NCBI RefSeq assembly: GCF_001194135.2
Contig: NC_069001.1
Span: 26,302,964 to 26,366,963, forward strand
Origin: Octopus bimaculoides
Taxonomy: Eukaryota
Direction: 5' to 3'
DNA length: 64,000 nt
The translations under genes and the position numbers were made by a program. This document shows, one piece after another, positions 13,612 to 27,044 of the stretch. Positions within the stretch are counted from its first letter, which is position 1. Each line of letters starts with the position of its first letter. The notes under the pieces were generated by a model that worked only from the letters and a program-made list of their open reading frames with translations, did no database searches and was not told where the DNA came from.

Positions 13612-14032
13612 AAGGCGGCGAGCTGGCAGAAACGTTAGCACGCCGGGCGAAATGCTTTGCAGTATCTCGTCTGTCTTTAAACGTTCTGAGTTCAAATTAC
13701 ACCGAGGTCGACTTTACTTTTCATCCTTTCGGGGTCGATTAAATAAGTACCAGTTACGCACTGGGGTCGATATAATCGACTTAATCCGTTTGTCTGTCCT
13801 TGTTTGTTCCCTCTGAGTGTAGCCCCTTGTAGGCAGTAAAGAAATAAGAATCGTTAGCACGTCAGGCGAAATGCTTAACGGTATTTTGTCTACCGCTATG
13901 TTTTGAGTTCAAATTCCGCCGAGGTCGACTTTGCCTTTCATATTTTCGGGGTTAATAAATCAAGTACCAGTCAAGTACTGGGATCGATGTAATCGACTAT
14001 CCCCCTCCCCACAAATTCCAAGCCTTGTGCCT
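13612..14032 (+). mobile_element. Dimeric SINE family A
   Basis: Monomer 1, linker TTAATCCGTTTGTCTGTCC...AGCCCCTTG...AAAGAAATAAGAA, then monomer 2 starting at CGTTAGCACG. Confidence 0.9.
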
Positions 14033-14349
14033 GGACGAAATATCGCTGAGCATTCTGCTCGCTAAGCACAAGATTCTGCCATCTTGCCGCAGTTGAGTAA
14101 TAGAGATATTTACCATGAATACTGAGCTAATACCGAGTTCAAATACAAGTGCATAATTATAGAAAAGCAACGGGTTATGTTTGAGTGTACATAATTATAG
14201 CATTTTATGTACATCATATATATGTTTATATATATATATATGTGTGTGTGAATGCGTCTCTCTGTTGTACGCACACACACATTATATATATACACCGTCA
14301 CGAACACCAGCTCTACAACACTCCTTAGAATAGCCCCCCTCTCCGCAAT

Positions 14350-14427
<78 letters not shown>

Positions 14428-14984
14428 ATACACACACATACATATATGTATTTCTACGTGTGGATGCATAGACATATTCGTCTGGACGTCCATACATACA
14501 CACATACATACATTAATAGTCATGCTGAACATAGCATGGCGACACAGACGAGCAGAAATGAGATTTGTTTATAAACAAAAACACTTCCTGTGAAACATAT
14601 ATCCTGCCAAGGAACATTTAATCTCTAAAACTTTTTCTATTATCTGGGAGTGCGAGCGTGTATGCCTTAGTGTGTTTGTGTTTGTGTGTGTTTAAACAAA
14701 CGCTGGTCACTCAATATTTCTCCATAGCGTATCATATTTTTTTTTTACAATTGAAAGGTTAACTGCTACCTCGAAATTTCAACTCAGTCGCCAATGTCAG
14801 TCTGTCGCGTCTGAGAAAAATCTGGGATAGACAATTCAGCAGAACCTTCAAAGTTACTATTCTGTCAACCTTTAAAAATACTATCTATTTGTTTATGTAT
14901 GTGTATATATGTTTGTGTTTGTTTCGAGTGAAATAAAGGGTTTGTTTTGTTTGGGTATTTTTTTTTCGTTTAAGTATGTAACTA

Positions 14985-15395
14985 GGCATAGCTCTTCAGT
15001 TAATCAGCTCGATTTACAACCACGTGGTTTCAGGTTCAGTTCCTCAGCGTGACACTTTGGACAAGTGTCTTCGTCTATACTTAGGGGACCAACCAATGAC
15101 CTGAGAGGGAATTTGGTACATTTCTTTTTTACGTCTTTATAGTTTTCGTGATTATTCGTTTATTTGAATTAATTATAGATAGATAGATAGATACCGAGAG
15201 AAAGATGTTTATAATCCCTCCCCATCACTTCTGAATTGGTGCTGGTTTGTTTACATAGGTAACAAAGTGGTGTGGCAAAAGAGACTGATACAAGAAGTAG
15301 GAGACTCAGGGGCAAATTAGTTCCCTTTAAATCCTTCAAGATGATGCCCTAAGAATTAGCAGTACCACAGTCCAATGAGTGAAGCAAGTAAATGG
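14985..15395 (+). mobile_element. Decayed SINE family B (head and tail pieces)
   Basis: GGTTTCAGGTTCAGTTCC...TTGGACAAGTGTCTTC head and GATGCCCTAAGAAT...AATGAGTGAAGCAAGTAAA tail. Confidence 0.6.
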
Positions 15396-15480
15396 TTATT
15401 GATTCGGATACCTTTGGGAAGGTACTCGAAGGTACCAACTGTGATGTTGGTAAAGCATACAAGAATGCTGATGTAGTCTT

Positions 15481-15866
15481 TTATTCTTTTACTTGTTTCA
15501 ATCATTTTGACTGTGGCCCATGCTGGAACACCGCTTTTAGTCGAACAAATCGACCTCGGGACTTATTCTTTGTAAGCCTAGTACTTATTATATCGGCCTC
15601 TTTGCCGAAACGCTAGGTTACGAGGGTGTAAGCACACCAGCATCGGTTCTCAAGCGATGGTGGGACTACAAACACACACACACACACACATATGTATATA
15701 TACGACGGGATTCTTTCGGTTTCCGTCTATCAAATTCACTCAAAAGGCATTGGTAGGCTCGAGGCTATAGTAGAAGATACTTGCCCAAGGTGCAACATAT
15801 TGAGACTAAACCCGGAACCGTGTGGTTGGGAAGCAAGCTTCCTACCACACAGCCACGCCTGCGCCT
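15481..15866 (-). mobile_element. SINE family B
   Basis: Well-preserved copy; minus head GCAGGCGTGGCTGTGTGGTAGGAAGCTTGCTTCCC. Confidence 0.9.
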
Positions 15867-16059
15867 ATATGATAAAGAATGTGTTTAGTGTACGTGTTAA
15901 TGTGTCGATATGAAGTCGTGTTAGAGGATTCTGCATCTATGAGTTTAGTACATGAGAATGACTGATGGTCGTCGTTGTGGTGGTGGCGTCGGTCGTAGGG
16001 TTTGGTGGTGGGGATGACCGAGCAGATCAGTATTCCTCATTTAATCTCTTTATTGTCGT

Positions 16060-16290
16060 GTGAAGGCACATGAATTAGTGGTTAATGATGGTTATGGTTT
16101 CGACCCCTGGACAGGACGACGTGCTGCGTCCTTGAGCAAACCACTTCATTTCCCGTTGCTCCCATCCACTCAGTTGGCCAAAATGAGTAATCCTGTGACG
16201 GACCGAATTTCAGTCTAGGCCGAGAATCTATATGCCATGTAAACCGGGAAACCGGCCCTCTGATTCTATATGATTCGAGAAGGTTCTTTA
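16060..16290 (+). mobile_element. Decayed SINE family D
   Basis: Aligns with 50498-50754 (TTGAGCAAA...GTTGCTCC...AAAATGAGTAAT...AAACCGGGAAACCGG). Confidence 0.7.
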
Positions 16291-17029
16291 TTTTTTTATC
16301 CTTATCATTTTAACTGAATTCGCTCCTCTTGATAAACACATATATGAGCTCACTCAGCAATACACACGTACACACACACACAAACACACACACACAAACG
16401 GCAGATTCGAAACGGAATATCTCATTGCTGTTGCTTTTATTCGGCGAAAAACACCTCCCATCATTAGATATTGTGTGTTCATAACACACGCGATTCAGTT
16501 GCGCAAGGAAATTTGAGGATCTGCGGTGTTTCTACGTCGTTGTATGCCTCTTAAGTTAAATCTACTCCGCCTGATTGATAAATCCGACAAGATAAATGAG
16601 CTCTTGTTTATAGGAACCCGCTAACAAAGTATTTGCTGACGCGTGCTGATGTCTACCAAACAGAAAATTATTCACGGAATGCCTGCAGACAAGCGACAGT
16701 CCAAACAATAACTGTTTGGCAGATATCAAACACGTATCAGCAAATTGTTTGTTCATTGCTGTAAACAAGAACTCATGTACTTGTTCGTTTCATTTTCTCT
16801 GTGGGGAGCTTTGAATGAGAAGATATACGCGATCGAAAAATTGCATCATCTCTAAAACATCTTCCAGCAGTGAATTTTGAGTGTTAGAAATAGACATTGT
16901 CTAAAAGGAAGATGTTTTGTTAGAGAAGAACGAAAAACAAGATTGATCAGATTTTCACGCTCGAATCTGCCGAAAAGTTTCAAGAATGGATACGCTGAGG
17001 AGTAGTACAGGGTGTCATTAATATTTAAC

Positions 17030-17350
17030 ATGAAGGCGTGTGGCACTGTGGTTAGGATATTTGGTTCACTATCATGAGGTCGTAAGTTCCATTGCCAGCA
17101 GCGCATTCTTTATCCAAGACACTTTATTTTCACATTACTCCAGTCTATTGAACTGACGAAAATAAATTGTACCTGTATTTCAAATGGTCAGCCTTGTCAC
17201 ATTCTGTATCACGCGAGATTTTCAAGGAGAACGATAAGTGTACGCGTGTCTGTGGAGTGCTCAGCCACTTGCACATAAATTTCACGAGTTGGCTCTTCTT
17301 TCGATCAGATCAACTGAAACACGCGTTGTCGTAATTGACGAAGTACCAGT
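17030..17350 (+). mobile_element. SINE family E (D-type head/body joined to C-type tail)
   Basis: tRNA head and TTACTCCAGTC body as in family D, followed by GTACCTGTATTTCAAATGGTCAGCCTTGTCAC...GTCTGTGGAGTGCTCAGCCACTTGCAC as in family C. Confidence 0.7.
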
Positions 17351-17394
17351 TTCATATTCAGCCCAGATCGAGAAGACTTATATGGAATTTAACT

Positions 17395-17680
17395 ATCACC
17401 ATCGTGTGTTACGAAGCTTCCTTCCAGATCATATGGTTCCGGGTTCAGTCCTACTGTGTGGCACCTTCGATAAATGTCTTCTACTATAGTTTCGGGCCTA
17501 CCAAAGCCTTGACTGGATTTGGCAGACGAAAACTTAAAGAAGCCCGTCCCACACACACGCGCATAAAAAAAATATATCTGTGTGTGCGTGCTTGTGTGTG
17601 TGTCTTTGTATCTGTGCTCGTCCTCCCCCGCCGCTTGACAACCGGTGTTGATGTGTTTACGTCCCCGTAATCCAGCGGTT
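17395..17680 (+). mobile_element. SINE family B (3'-truncated)
   Basis: GGTTCCGGGTTCAGTCCTACTGTGTGGCACC...GACGAAAACTTAAAGAAGCCCG...CGCTTGACAACCGGTG. Confidence 0.85.
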
Positions 17681-18573
17681 CTGAATTTCTGTAGAGCGAA
17701 CACTCCAAAAGCCACAATCACAGTGGGGTACATAAGAAATAATACAAAAAAACACTAATGGAATCCTTGGTTGCCAGTCACCTTGACGTCACCTTAGTTT
17801 TCTTCCGGTAGGTTTCTCTTCGTTTAGTAGTCTACACAACGCTGAAATGAAGAATAATAGAACAATGATAAAAAACCATAACGTGGCATAAGTGAGATTA
17901 ATCTGAATTCGTTTTGCGCCGCTGCAACTGATGCGCTTGTCTCTCGTTGATTTCCTGTAACATAAGTGAGCCTGCAGTGGTCACGGTCAAAACCTTATTG
18001 ATTCCTTGTTCTTGAAGCCAAACACTACTAATTGACCTTCATTATCATTATTTAACGTCGTATTTTCCATGCTGGCATAGGTTTAATGACTCGCCAAAAT
18101 GCAATGAGTCAAAAGGCTGTGCTTAGCTCCAGTGTTTACAGTAGCGTGGGTTTTACACCTGAGAACCTTCCTAGCGTCAACCACTTTACAATAAGTACTG
18201 TATACTTTTTTTCGCTGAACCAGCGCTAGCGAAGTTACAGAGTACTTGCAATACAAGAAACCTCAACTGAATGTGGTATAAGTATTGCGTCTGATTATGA
18301 AAAAAAAATGTGTTGGTCCTTGTAAATGCAAAATACATCATGAAACTCGTGCTTTCAATTCTTCAGGTTCATGGGTTACTTAGTGAGGACTGTATGGATG
18401 TGTGCACACAGGAAGCGATGATATCTTGGCAAGATTCACTTACATTTATATTGGGCACATTAAGTGGCTTCTGGTATGTGTGTGTCCTTATAAACTTTTG
18501 GTTAAATCTGGATAATAAATTATGATACACCTATGATACACGAAAGATTGAATCAGTTGCAACTTACGAAATC

Positions 18574-19116
18574 TTAAATAACTCCCAACAACTGAGTTGT
18601 TGCAATGCATCGTCTATTGTAAATTGACGTCTCGCTAAAACCACTCTTCAGTAAAACTTCATTGTAATAAAATGTAGCTTCACTGCCTCCATATGGTAAT
18701 AAACTGGAAACTTTCCTGTACCTGTTTACCCCTGCATAGTTGGGTTTTGTTGGAACTCCTATGAATTGAAGCAGTCTTTCTATAACGCTTCCTAATGGGG
18801 ATAGTATTTGCTTGCACGTAGGATTCAAGCAAATGGTGCAATGTTTCAAGTTAACAAAACCATCTGGAACAATCTCCAAGGAATCCAAGTATCTCAAGCA
18901 AGATCCTGATCATGGGACCTACTGGCAAAGCTTTGCAAGATTATCTGAGCAAAGCACTATCCTTCGAGTAGTGACTGTGATGTCGAAGAGACTGAACAAT
19001 GGTGTAGAGTGCTTCAAGATGTCTTTAGCAAGTCGAACAGGAAAGTTAATCTCATCATATAGGGTAACTGAAATTGCCATTTTAGGAAGAAAAGCACAAA
19101 ATTGTCGTAGGGAGTG
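18574..19116 (-). pseudogene. Unidentified decayed reading frame (about 180 codons, two internal stops)
   Basis: One minus frame reads HSLRQFCAFLPKMAISVTLYDEINFPVRLAKDILKH...LAKLCQ*VP*SGSCLRYLDSLEIVPDGFVNLKH...TTQLLGVI*. Non-repetitive sequence with no recognised domain. Confidence 0.3.
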
Positions 19117-19711
19117 TTAACCCCTAAACTTACTCAGAATGGCATGAGAACCACCATTCAAATCTTAAGCAAAATTAAGGCAAGGTGTTTGATGGGGTTC
19201 GAAGGTAGGAATCATGGTCGACTTCATCATCATCATCACCATCATCATTATCCTTGTTACCGTTCTCTTCTACATAGTAGACGTCGACGTCAGCATCATC
19301 GTCGAAGCTGCCTTCTCCATCATGATCATGAACGTCGTCATCATCTTCGTGATCATCATCTCATTCTCCTTCTCCTTCTTTCTCTTCTTTATTCCCCACC
19401 CTCATCCCTATTTCGTTGTGTTCTACCGCTACGCTTTTTCTTTTCTTCTTGGCCGGCTAAAAATGCATTTAAAACTACACATACGCATATACGCCCATCC
19501 ACCCACACAACAAGTTCCAAAGACACACACACATACACATACATATATACATACGTACACTGCACAGTCTTTTGTTCTTTCTTATATTGTCATTGTTGTT
19601 TTTGTCTTCTTAACGATCATTTCTTTTCTCGTCTTAATTAAAATTCTTAATTTTACAGCTTTTCTTAATTTCATCGACATTTTTCTTTCTTTTCGTTGCA
19701 TCAATTTTCAA

Positions 19712-19753
<42 letters not shown>

Positions 19754-19763
19754 NNNNNNNNNN

Positions 19764-19816
<53 letters not shown>

Positions 19817-20231
19817 GCACACTTTATTTTTTATTCATTAACCCATCCAATCCTAAAGTCTCGTACTAATCATTTAAACTCATTAATCACACATCCGAAA
19901 ATCCATGGCTTCCTTTTATACATTATGTACACATCCAAATATTTAGTTTTTAGTTTTTATATCTTAAGTCTTTTTCTTAGTTTATCTTAACTCGTTTGTC
20001 TTTTGTTGTTGTTTTATTAGTTTTGTCCCTCATAAAATTAATGAAATTTCACTTTGATTGTTTGTCGATGGCAGAGAATATTTAGTGACACGCTCCTATT
20101 TATCCTCCCTTCCTCCACCCTACAACCTCGATCCTCCACATCCATCTCCTCATCAGCATCATCATTACCACCACCACGAGTATCATCATCATCATCATCA
20201 TCGGAAATCTTAGTATCATAAGTAACGTTCG

Positions 20232-20272
<41 letters not shown>

Positions 20273-20794
20273 AAACGGGTATAATTACTTCTGCTGGTGC
20301 TGCTGCTGCTGCTGCAGCTTCATCCCATTTCTACTACTACTCACCACCACCAATACCACTACCAACTCCACTACTACAACCACCACCAACAATTCAACAT
20401 GGCATCATAGCCAATCTGTGTCCACCCTCTTCGTAGAAGCTTAATGGTACACATACACACACACACAAACATACATACATACATATATATGTCCGTATGT
20501 GTGTGTTCTTACACATACATAAATACATATATGCATAGGTATATATATGCGTATGTATGTATATATATGTATGTATATGTATAAATATATGATTTATATA
20601 TGTGCGTGCCTGTGTGTCTCTGTATGTATATGTACATATATTTTCCATGAATTTAGTGGAAAAGTTTCTAAGAATACATCATACAACAAATTAATTAGAA
20701 CTCATTATGGGCCAAAAAAATCATAAAGTAGTCCGAAATTTTAATTATAATCGCCATTATACGTTTTGTATGTTCCCTAAAAGTTAAAAATTGG

Positions 20795-21559
20795 TTTCAA
20801 ATTTTGGTACGAGGCCAGCAAGTTAGTGGGTAAGTCGACTATATTGACGCCAGTGTTCAACTGGTACTTTTTTTTCATCGATCCCGAAAGGATGAAAGGT
20901 AAAATGAACCTCGGCGTAATTTGAACTCTGCACAGAAAGAATAACGAATTGCCGCGAAGAATTTTGCCTGGCATGGTAAGGATTCTGCCAGCTCGCCGCC
21001 TTGATAATAATGTTAACCCTTTCTACTAAAGGCACAAGGACTGAAATTTTGGTGGAAGGGACAAATCGATTAAATCCACACCGGTGTTGCACTCGTGCTT
21101 ATATCAGTGGCCTTCTGTAGACATATTAATTTCAAAGTTTGGCATAGGGCTAACAATTTCGTTGGAAGTGTATGTCGAGTACATCGGCCCCTGTGTTAAG
21201 ATTCTACGTATTTCATCGATCCAGAAAGTATAGAAGGCAAAGTTGACCTCGGCGGAATTTGAACTCAGAACGTAGAGACGGACGAAATGCTGCAAAGTGT
21301 TTTGCTCGGCATGCTACCGATTCTGCCAGCTCCCAGCCTTCCTTAGACATTACATGCTGAATTCAGATTTTGGCACAAGGCCAGCAGTTTCGGGAAGTCA
21401 TTGACATGGACCCCAGTGCTTAACTGGTCTTTATTTTATCGACCCCGAACGGATGAAAAGCAAAGTAGACATCGAGGGATTTCGAGCTCAGAACACAAAA
21501 AGGGCGAAATGCCGCTAAGAATTTTGCCCGGCATGCTAACGATTTTGCCAGCTTGCCGA
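20795..21559 (-). mobile_element. SINE family A array (about four copies)
   Basis: Repeated family A core and head motifs. Confidence 0.9.
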
Positions 21560-21991
21560 TTGTTAAACATTACATATGAAAACCTTTCCTGTCAGTTCAT
21601 TCGTTAATAAGAATATTCAAGAAAAATACACATGAAGGGATTTAAAAAAAAGTTATTAATATTTCAAAAATATTCGTGGGTCACGTCTCTCCCTGTACAA
21701 GCATTTGTGAGAAACTGGTACGAATTTCCTTTCATTGTACTTAAAGCATAAGCCTTGACATATATTTCGTGGCTGCAATATGCAAGAACTAAAACCATGT
21801 TATTTATTTACAATTGTTTCTGTAGCAAATTTGTAAATATTTAAAAAAATTGACATCTGACTACGTAGGATTTGTTGATTTATTATTTATTCTGAGGATC
21901 CGGATGAAACGAGATGTTAGAGAACGAAACAAGCGTAAAGTATGAAACTGAGAATAAAGATTTTTACATATACATATTGTAACATGTATAA

Positions 21992-22990
21992 CTTATATAA
22001 AATTCAATGTGTGTGTGTGTGTGTCCTCCTTGCACGGCCAAACCGCTGGATCAATCTGTACCAAATTTGGCATGAAGGTTTTTCATTTACTCCGGGAAGA
22101 TTCTAGGGTGGGGGAAAATTTTGGCCCTTGCCCATATAGGGTGATGTAGACCCCACCCCTACCCAAGTACCCTTCCGATTTTTTTCATTCAGCGGATTCC
22201 TATGTTTCCGATGACGGAGATACCGAATATGCAAAAGACCATGTTTTCAAAATTTTTAATTGCCCTATCTCACCAAATTTTATATTTTTTTCCTTTGTTA
22301 CATTTTTTTTCTCAATCTACATTGAAAAATACGGAGATTAAGAATATCGAAAAAAGAATTTTAAATTTTAAATTTTATATGAACTTTGTAGAGACCTCGT
22401 TGGGTTCTATCTCACGTTCGAAACTGAATTTACAATTTCCCCACTCGCCATACAGCCTATTGTTCTGCGAAGGGGTAACGCACATCTATGTGTTTCCCAC
22501 TAGATCTCGTTTGCTCCTACTTCCAGATTCGAAACTGAATCTAGAATTTTACCCTAGCCATACGGCCTATTGTTCTGTCAATGAGTAACATAGGTGTAAG
22601 TGTTTCCCACTTGACTCTTAACCTTTTCTATTCCATGAAAAGTTGAAATAGATAATGAGTGACCTACATTAATTTATCTATTGTTAGAGTGGCATACCTC
22701 TTTTTCTTGGTCTGCGTACATATAAATACAAGCAGTTCTAGGCAGACTACTAGAGGCAGAGGTACCCACAGGGAGATGGAACCTATTAAGTAACGGTAAA
22801 TTTCTACAGCTTATGCGAATGAACAAAGTAAGCAAAAATGTTTCACATAACTGTCGCATACGTCGGTTTTTGTTTTTTCACTTTAAACGTAAACGATTCT
22901 CATAGAAGCAAACACGATATTGAATAATACTCCGTCATACATCTACGACCCCACCTTGCCGTCAATGAAGCGAAGCTGCGTGTGTAAGAA
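21992..22990 (+). mobile_element. Non-autonomous Helitron-like element
   Basis: 5' TATATAAAATTCAAT(GT)n then AAACCGCTGGATCAATCTGTACCAAATTTGGCATG, a signature of non-autonomous Helitrons; degenerate 3' GAAGCGAAGCTGCGTG; internal diverged about 110 bp duplication at 22420-22620. The CTAG terminus is not preserved. Confidence 0.5.
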
Positions 22991-22999
22991 AAAATATCG

Positions 23000-23925
23000 T
23001 TTACATTGACTTTTTCTTTCAATCACTGTGGATAAATGCTAGCAATGACTTTCACAGACTCTCCAATATTTTAATTTATAAACGGACACAATCGGGGTCA
23101 GGGAGTGCGGCTGCAAGACATTCGCAATTTCTCAAATGTTCTTGTCTTTAGCATATAAATGTTTTTTTATGGGGAGAAAAGTATTATAAAGCATCAATAC
23201 ATGCGAGAATGGTAATGAAATTTGGAGGATTATCTTGGGATGCGCTAGAAACAAAAGCCAAATCTCCCTTGGATCACTGACTTTTCCCTCTGAAAATATT
23301 AACAATTTCTTTTTCATTTATTTCTCCCGAAAAGGCTGCTCTCGTGGTTTCCCCCACATCATTTGGAAGGCTGTGGTTTAAAAAAATCGGGATAAATCCC
23401 CGTGAAAACAGATTAGTTCTAACTTATTTGATCTTCCTGATCCAAAACTCTTCTCCCCATCCCCTCGGGAAAATTTCTCCGCAAATTTTTTTATAATCGT
23501 TATCTATGCGGTTTCAAAGGTATTTGTATAAACTTTCGTTAAAAGATACTCATTTTCTGAAAGTTATGAAGGAAATAATTTGGACTGCGTGAATTTACAC
23601 AAATTTCTCTCTCCACCTTTTTAAAAGTTATTTCCCATAAATCCCTATATTCTCATATTCTCTGAAGCCATCGCATCTAAGCGGTATTTGTAGAAAATTT
23701 CGTTAAAAAGTATACATTTTCCTGGATGTTATGAGGCAACAAATTCGGGGACGTATTTTATCTATACGAATTTTTAATTTCGTGTTTATTTCATTCATTG
23801 TTTGAAATTTTCTCTCTCCCCCTCTCTCTCGCACACACTCACACACTGCAAAGCTTCCAGGGGAAGGCAAACCTTGAAAATACTGCACCCCTCCGTAGTT
23901 GGACTACCTTGATGTTTGTTTAGAA
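23000..23925 (-). mobile_element. Possible Helentron-associated (HINE/DINE-1-like) element
   Basis: Minus end CAAGGTAGTCCAACTACGGAGGGG followed by a GT/GA block; diverged about 180 bp internal duplication (23490-23600 vs 23670-23760); ATGAAATTTGG motif. Termini are poorly resolved. Confidence 0.35.
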
Positions 23926-24080
23926 AAGAGAGATTATGACCGTGATAAAATAATGAAGCAATGCTTATTAAGAAACTGAGAACTATTATACAAAGAAATA
24001 ATTAGACGTAAACTCTCGTAAAATCTATTAGAATAGGGAATCAAATGTGAAAATCTCAAGCGGGCGGTGTTTCTGCTAGC

Positions 24081-24117
<37 letters not shown>

Positions 24118-24368
24118 AGCACACACACTGATGTGTGTGTAGAGAGAGTGAGTGAACTTGATATGTAAATATAACACCGCGGATGTGGGAGTGTTTGTAT
24201 GCAAATGGACACATATATATATATATAATTTCATATATGCTTACATATACATACATATTAGGATAGTTATATAGATATATACTTAAATACATGTCCATAT
24301 GTATCTAAATACACTTTTGTATTTATACTAGTATATTTGTATGCGTATCTCTCTCTCACTCTTTGTAC

Positions 24369-24446
<78 letters not shown>

Positions 24447-25386
24447 GCGCACGCCTGTATATATGATTGTGTGTGTATGAGCTTTTGTATCTAAGATTCT
24501 ATGTGTATGTGTGTTCGTGCGTTTGCGTGTACGTGTGTGTTTAAGTAAGAAAGAACTAATATATTTAGAAACATACGGTTTCAAGTAATTTCCCGCACTT
24601 TCTCTCTCTCTCTTTCTCTCACCATATGCGTGTGTGTGTCTCATTTTATTTGAGCAATCTCATTCTTTATATTGTTACTCTCATTCTTTTGGGATTATAA
24701 ACGTCAATTTTATTTTGTATATGCATATATTTAAAATTTATCTTTTTTTATATTTCAATTGCATTTAATAAATATCGTTTCTTTCAAACCGCCGTGAAGA
24801 TTTTTCGCACTCCGAAATAGCTTTCTGCAAAAATTTTGTCCCTTAACGGTTATCTCCCTTTAATTTGAAATCTCCTTCCTTTACTTGCAGTATTGATCAT
24901 TCAAACGTCTTCTATTCAAACAGCTTTCTCGTTGCACATTCACACAATTTCGCCTTGTCTTCGTCCCATTTTTTTTAATACGTTTTTCTTCCCATTTCGT
25001 ATTAAGTTTTGCATTTGAAGCTATTTGTGTTTCTTTATTTTATACGCTAAATGCATATATATTTTTGCGTGTGTTTTATCACTGCTGCTGTTCTTGTCGA
25101 TGATGGTGGTACTACCATATTTGATAACATATTTTGTTCTCATGTCTGCAATATACAATATATATATATATACGAATTTTCTTTAAAAAATTGTTTAATC
25201 TATATATTTAATCTATAATCCATATATTTAATCTGTGCATTCAGCATTTTGCTTAAATTATTTATGTATTCGTTTATCTATCTATTTTTCTTATTATCCG
25301 AGCCTCTTCATAGCTATCTATACATGTTACGTTCTATCCTCCTATATGTCGATCTACCCTGGTACATGTATTACTGTGTTCGTGTC

Positions 25387-25424
<38 letters not shown>

Positions 25425-26403
25425 AGTCACTCAACTTTTTGTCTATGTCTGTGCTACTAGAATACCATTGCTTTGGTCGTCAAGCCATAGCACTTAAATT
25501 TATATCAAACGCTAATATGCCTCTAGGAGGAAAGACACAATTAAACATAGAGGTCTGGAAATACTATTCCTGACAAACGATGAGATAGTCATGGGTAGAA
25601 TGTCTTCAATTTAAGACTACCCATCCACCAGTGTAGTAGTAGTAGTAGACCAACTACAACATGCCTGCATAGATATGTGTGTCCGTTTGCTTTTGTAAAG
25701 AAGTTGTAGACAGCTGCCGTGTTTAATATTTTTTTCTGCATTGTTAATAAATGAATGTCTGAGATCAAATTCGACTGTAGTTGTTTTCGCTCTCTATTCC
25801 ACTGGGGTCAACAAATGGAGAGGAGTACAGCATCTCTTTCAACTATAAGCATTCCACCCCGAATTATACGCTGCTGCCAACACAGTATATTTGTTTGTGT
25901 GTGTGTGTGTCTTTATATGTTTTTAAATAACTATTTGTGTATGTTCGTGTCTGTGTGTGTGTGTGTCTGTGTTCGTACTATATTCTGATACACACACTCA
26001 TATATCCATTTATATCTATTGATGTATACACGCATGCATGCATATACACAAGCATACATTGGCATACAATCACACACACGCACCCATATAACGCTGTACA
26101 TTTTCCACGTCCTGGCGTTGTTTTTTCGCCTTTTTTTTCATGTTATTTTCTTGTTATTTTCTTGTTTGTTCTTGTTTAAATTTACTATATATATATATTT
26201 AATATGAAGTGGTGGCATTTTATATATGAAGAGAGAAAAGAATATTCTTCAGTACGTAATGAGTTTTGCAATGAGATGCCGATACCATTTCTACGTAAAA
26301 TTCTTCCCATTTCTTTGCTTTCTTCTTTCCTGCAACCCAGAAAAGCTTTTACCACATACATGTATATTTCTCCGTTTCTTTCTCTCTGCGTGTGTGCGCT
26401 TAC

Positions 26404-26507
26404 CTCTTGCTCATAATGATGTTCTTTAGGCGTAGGTGAACAGTCATCCAACAGCCCTATCATTTGAGATGTTTCAGTTGAAATAATCCCGTATATTCTA
26501 GAGATAC
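26404..26507 (-). other. Candidate 104-nt exon
   Basis: Minus acceptor ATATTCCTAG|G, donor GAG|GTAAGC, open frame ISRIYGIISTETSQMIGLLDDCSPTPKEHHYEQE. No partner exons or homology recognised. Confidence 0.25.
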
Positions 26508-26939
26508 CTAGGAATATATCACCTTATGTACTGTCCACATTTTCAAATGGGAAATGTTGCATTTTGAGGTAAATTAGCTGAGTTGAATTGTAGCTAATCT
26601 ACCAACCGGACAAAAAACTTTAGATTCATTTCGTTCGGTTTAACGCTTTTACGGGGATGTAAACACGCCAGCATCAGTTGTCAAGCGATGTTGGGGACAA
26701 ACACACAAACACATACATACATCTATCTATATATATACACGACGGGCTTCTTTCAGTTTCCGCCTACCAATCCACTCAAAAGTTCGATTTCAGCACTAGG
26801 GTCGATGAAATCAACTTCCTCATCCATTCAACACTGCTGGTCATGTACCAGAAATTAGAGAGAAATATTATTTAGACATAGGCCCGACGTTTCCCAAAAC
26901 AGATCTACGAACACAACTACGGCATCCCTGTATATATAC

Positions 26940-27019
<80 letters not shown>

Positions 27020-27044
27020 AAATAGTAAATGAGTATATGCATAT

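Noticed and set aside
19114-19990. 175-aa and 258-aa overlapping ORFs with poly-His/Ile
   Set aside because: They arise from imperfect (CAT)n, (CA)n and (TA)n repeats and span a gap.
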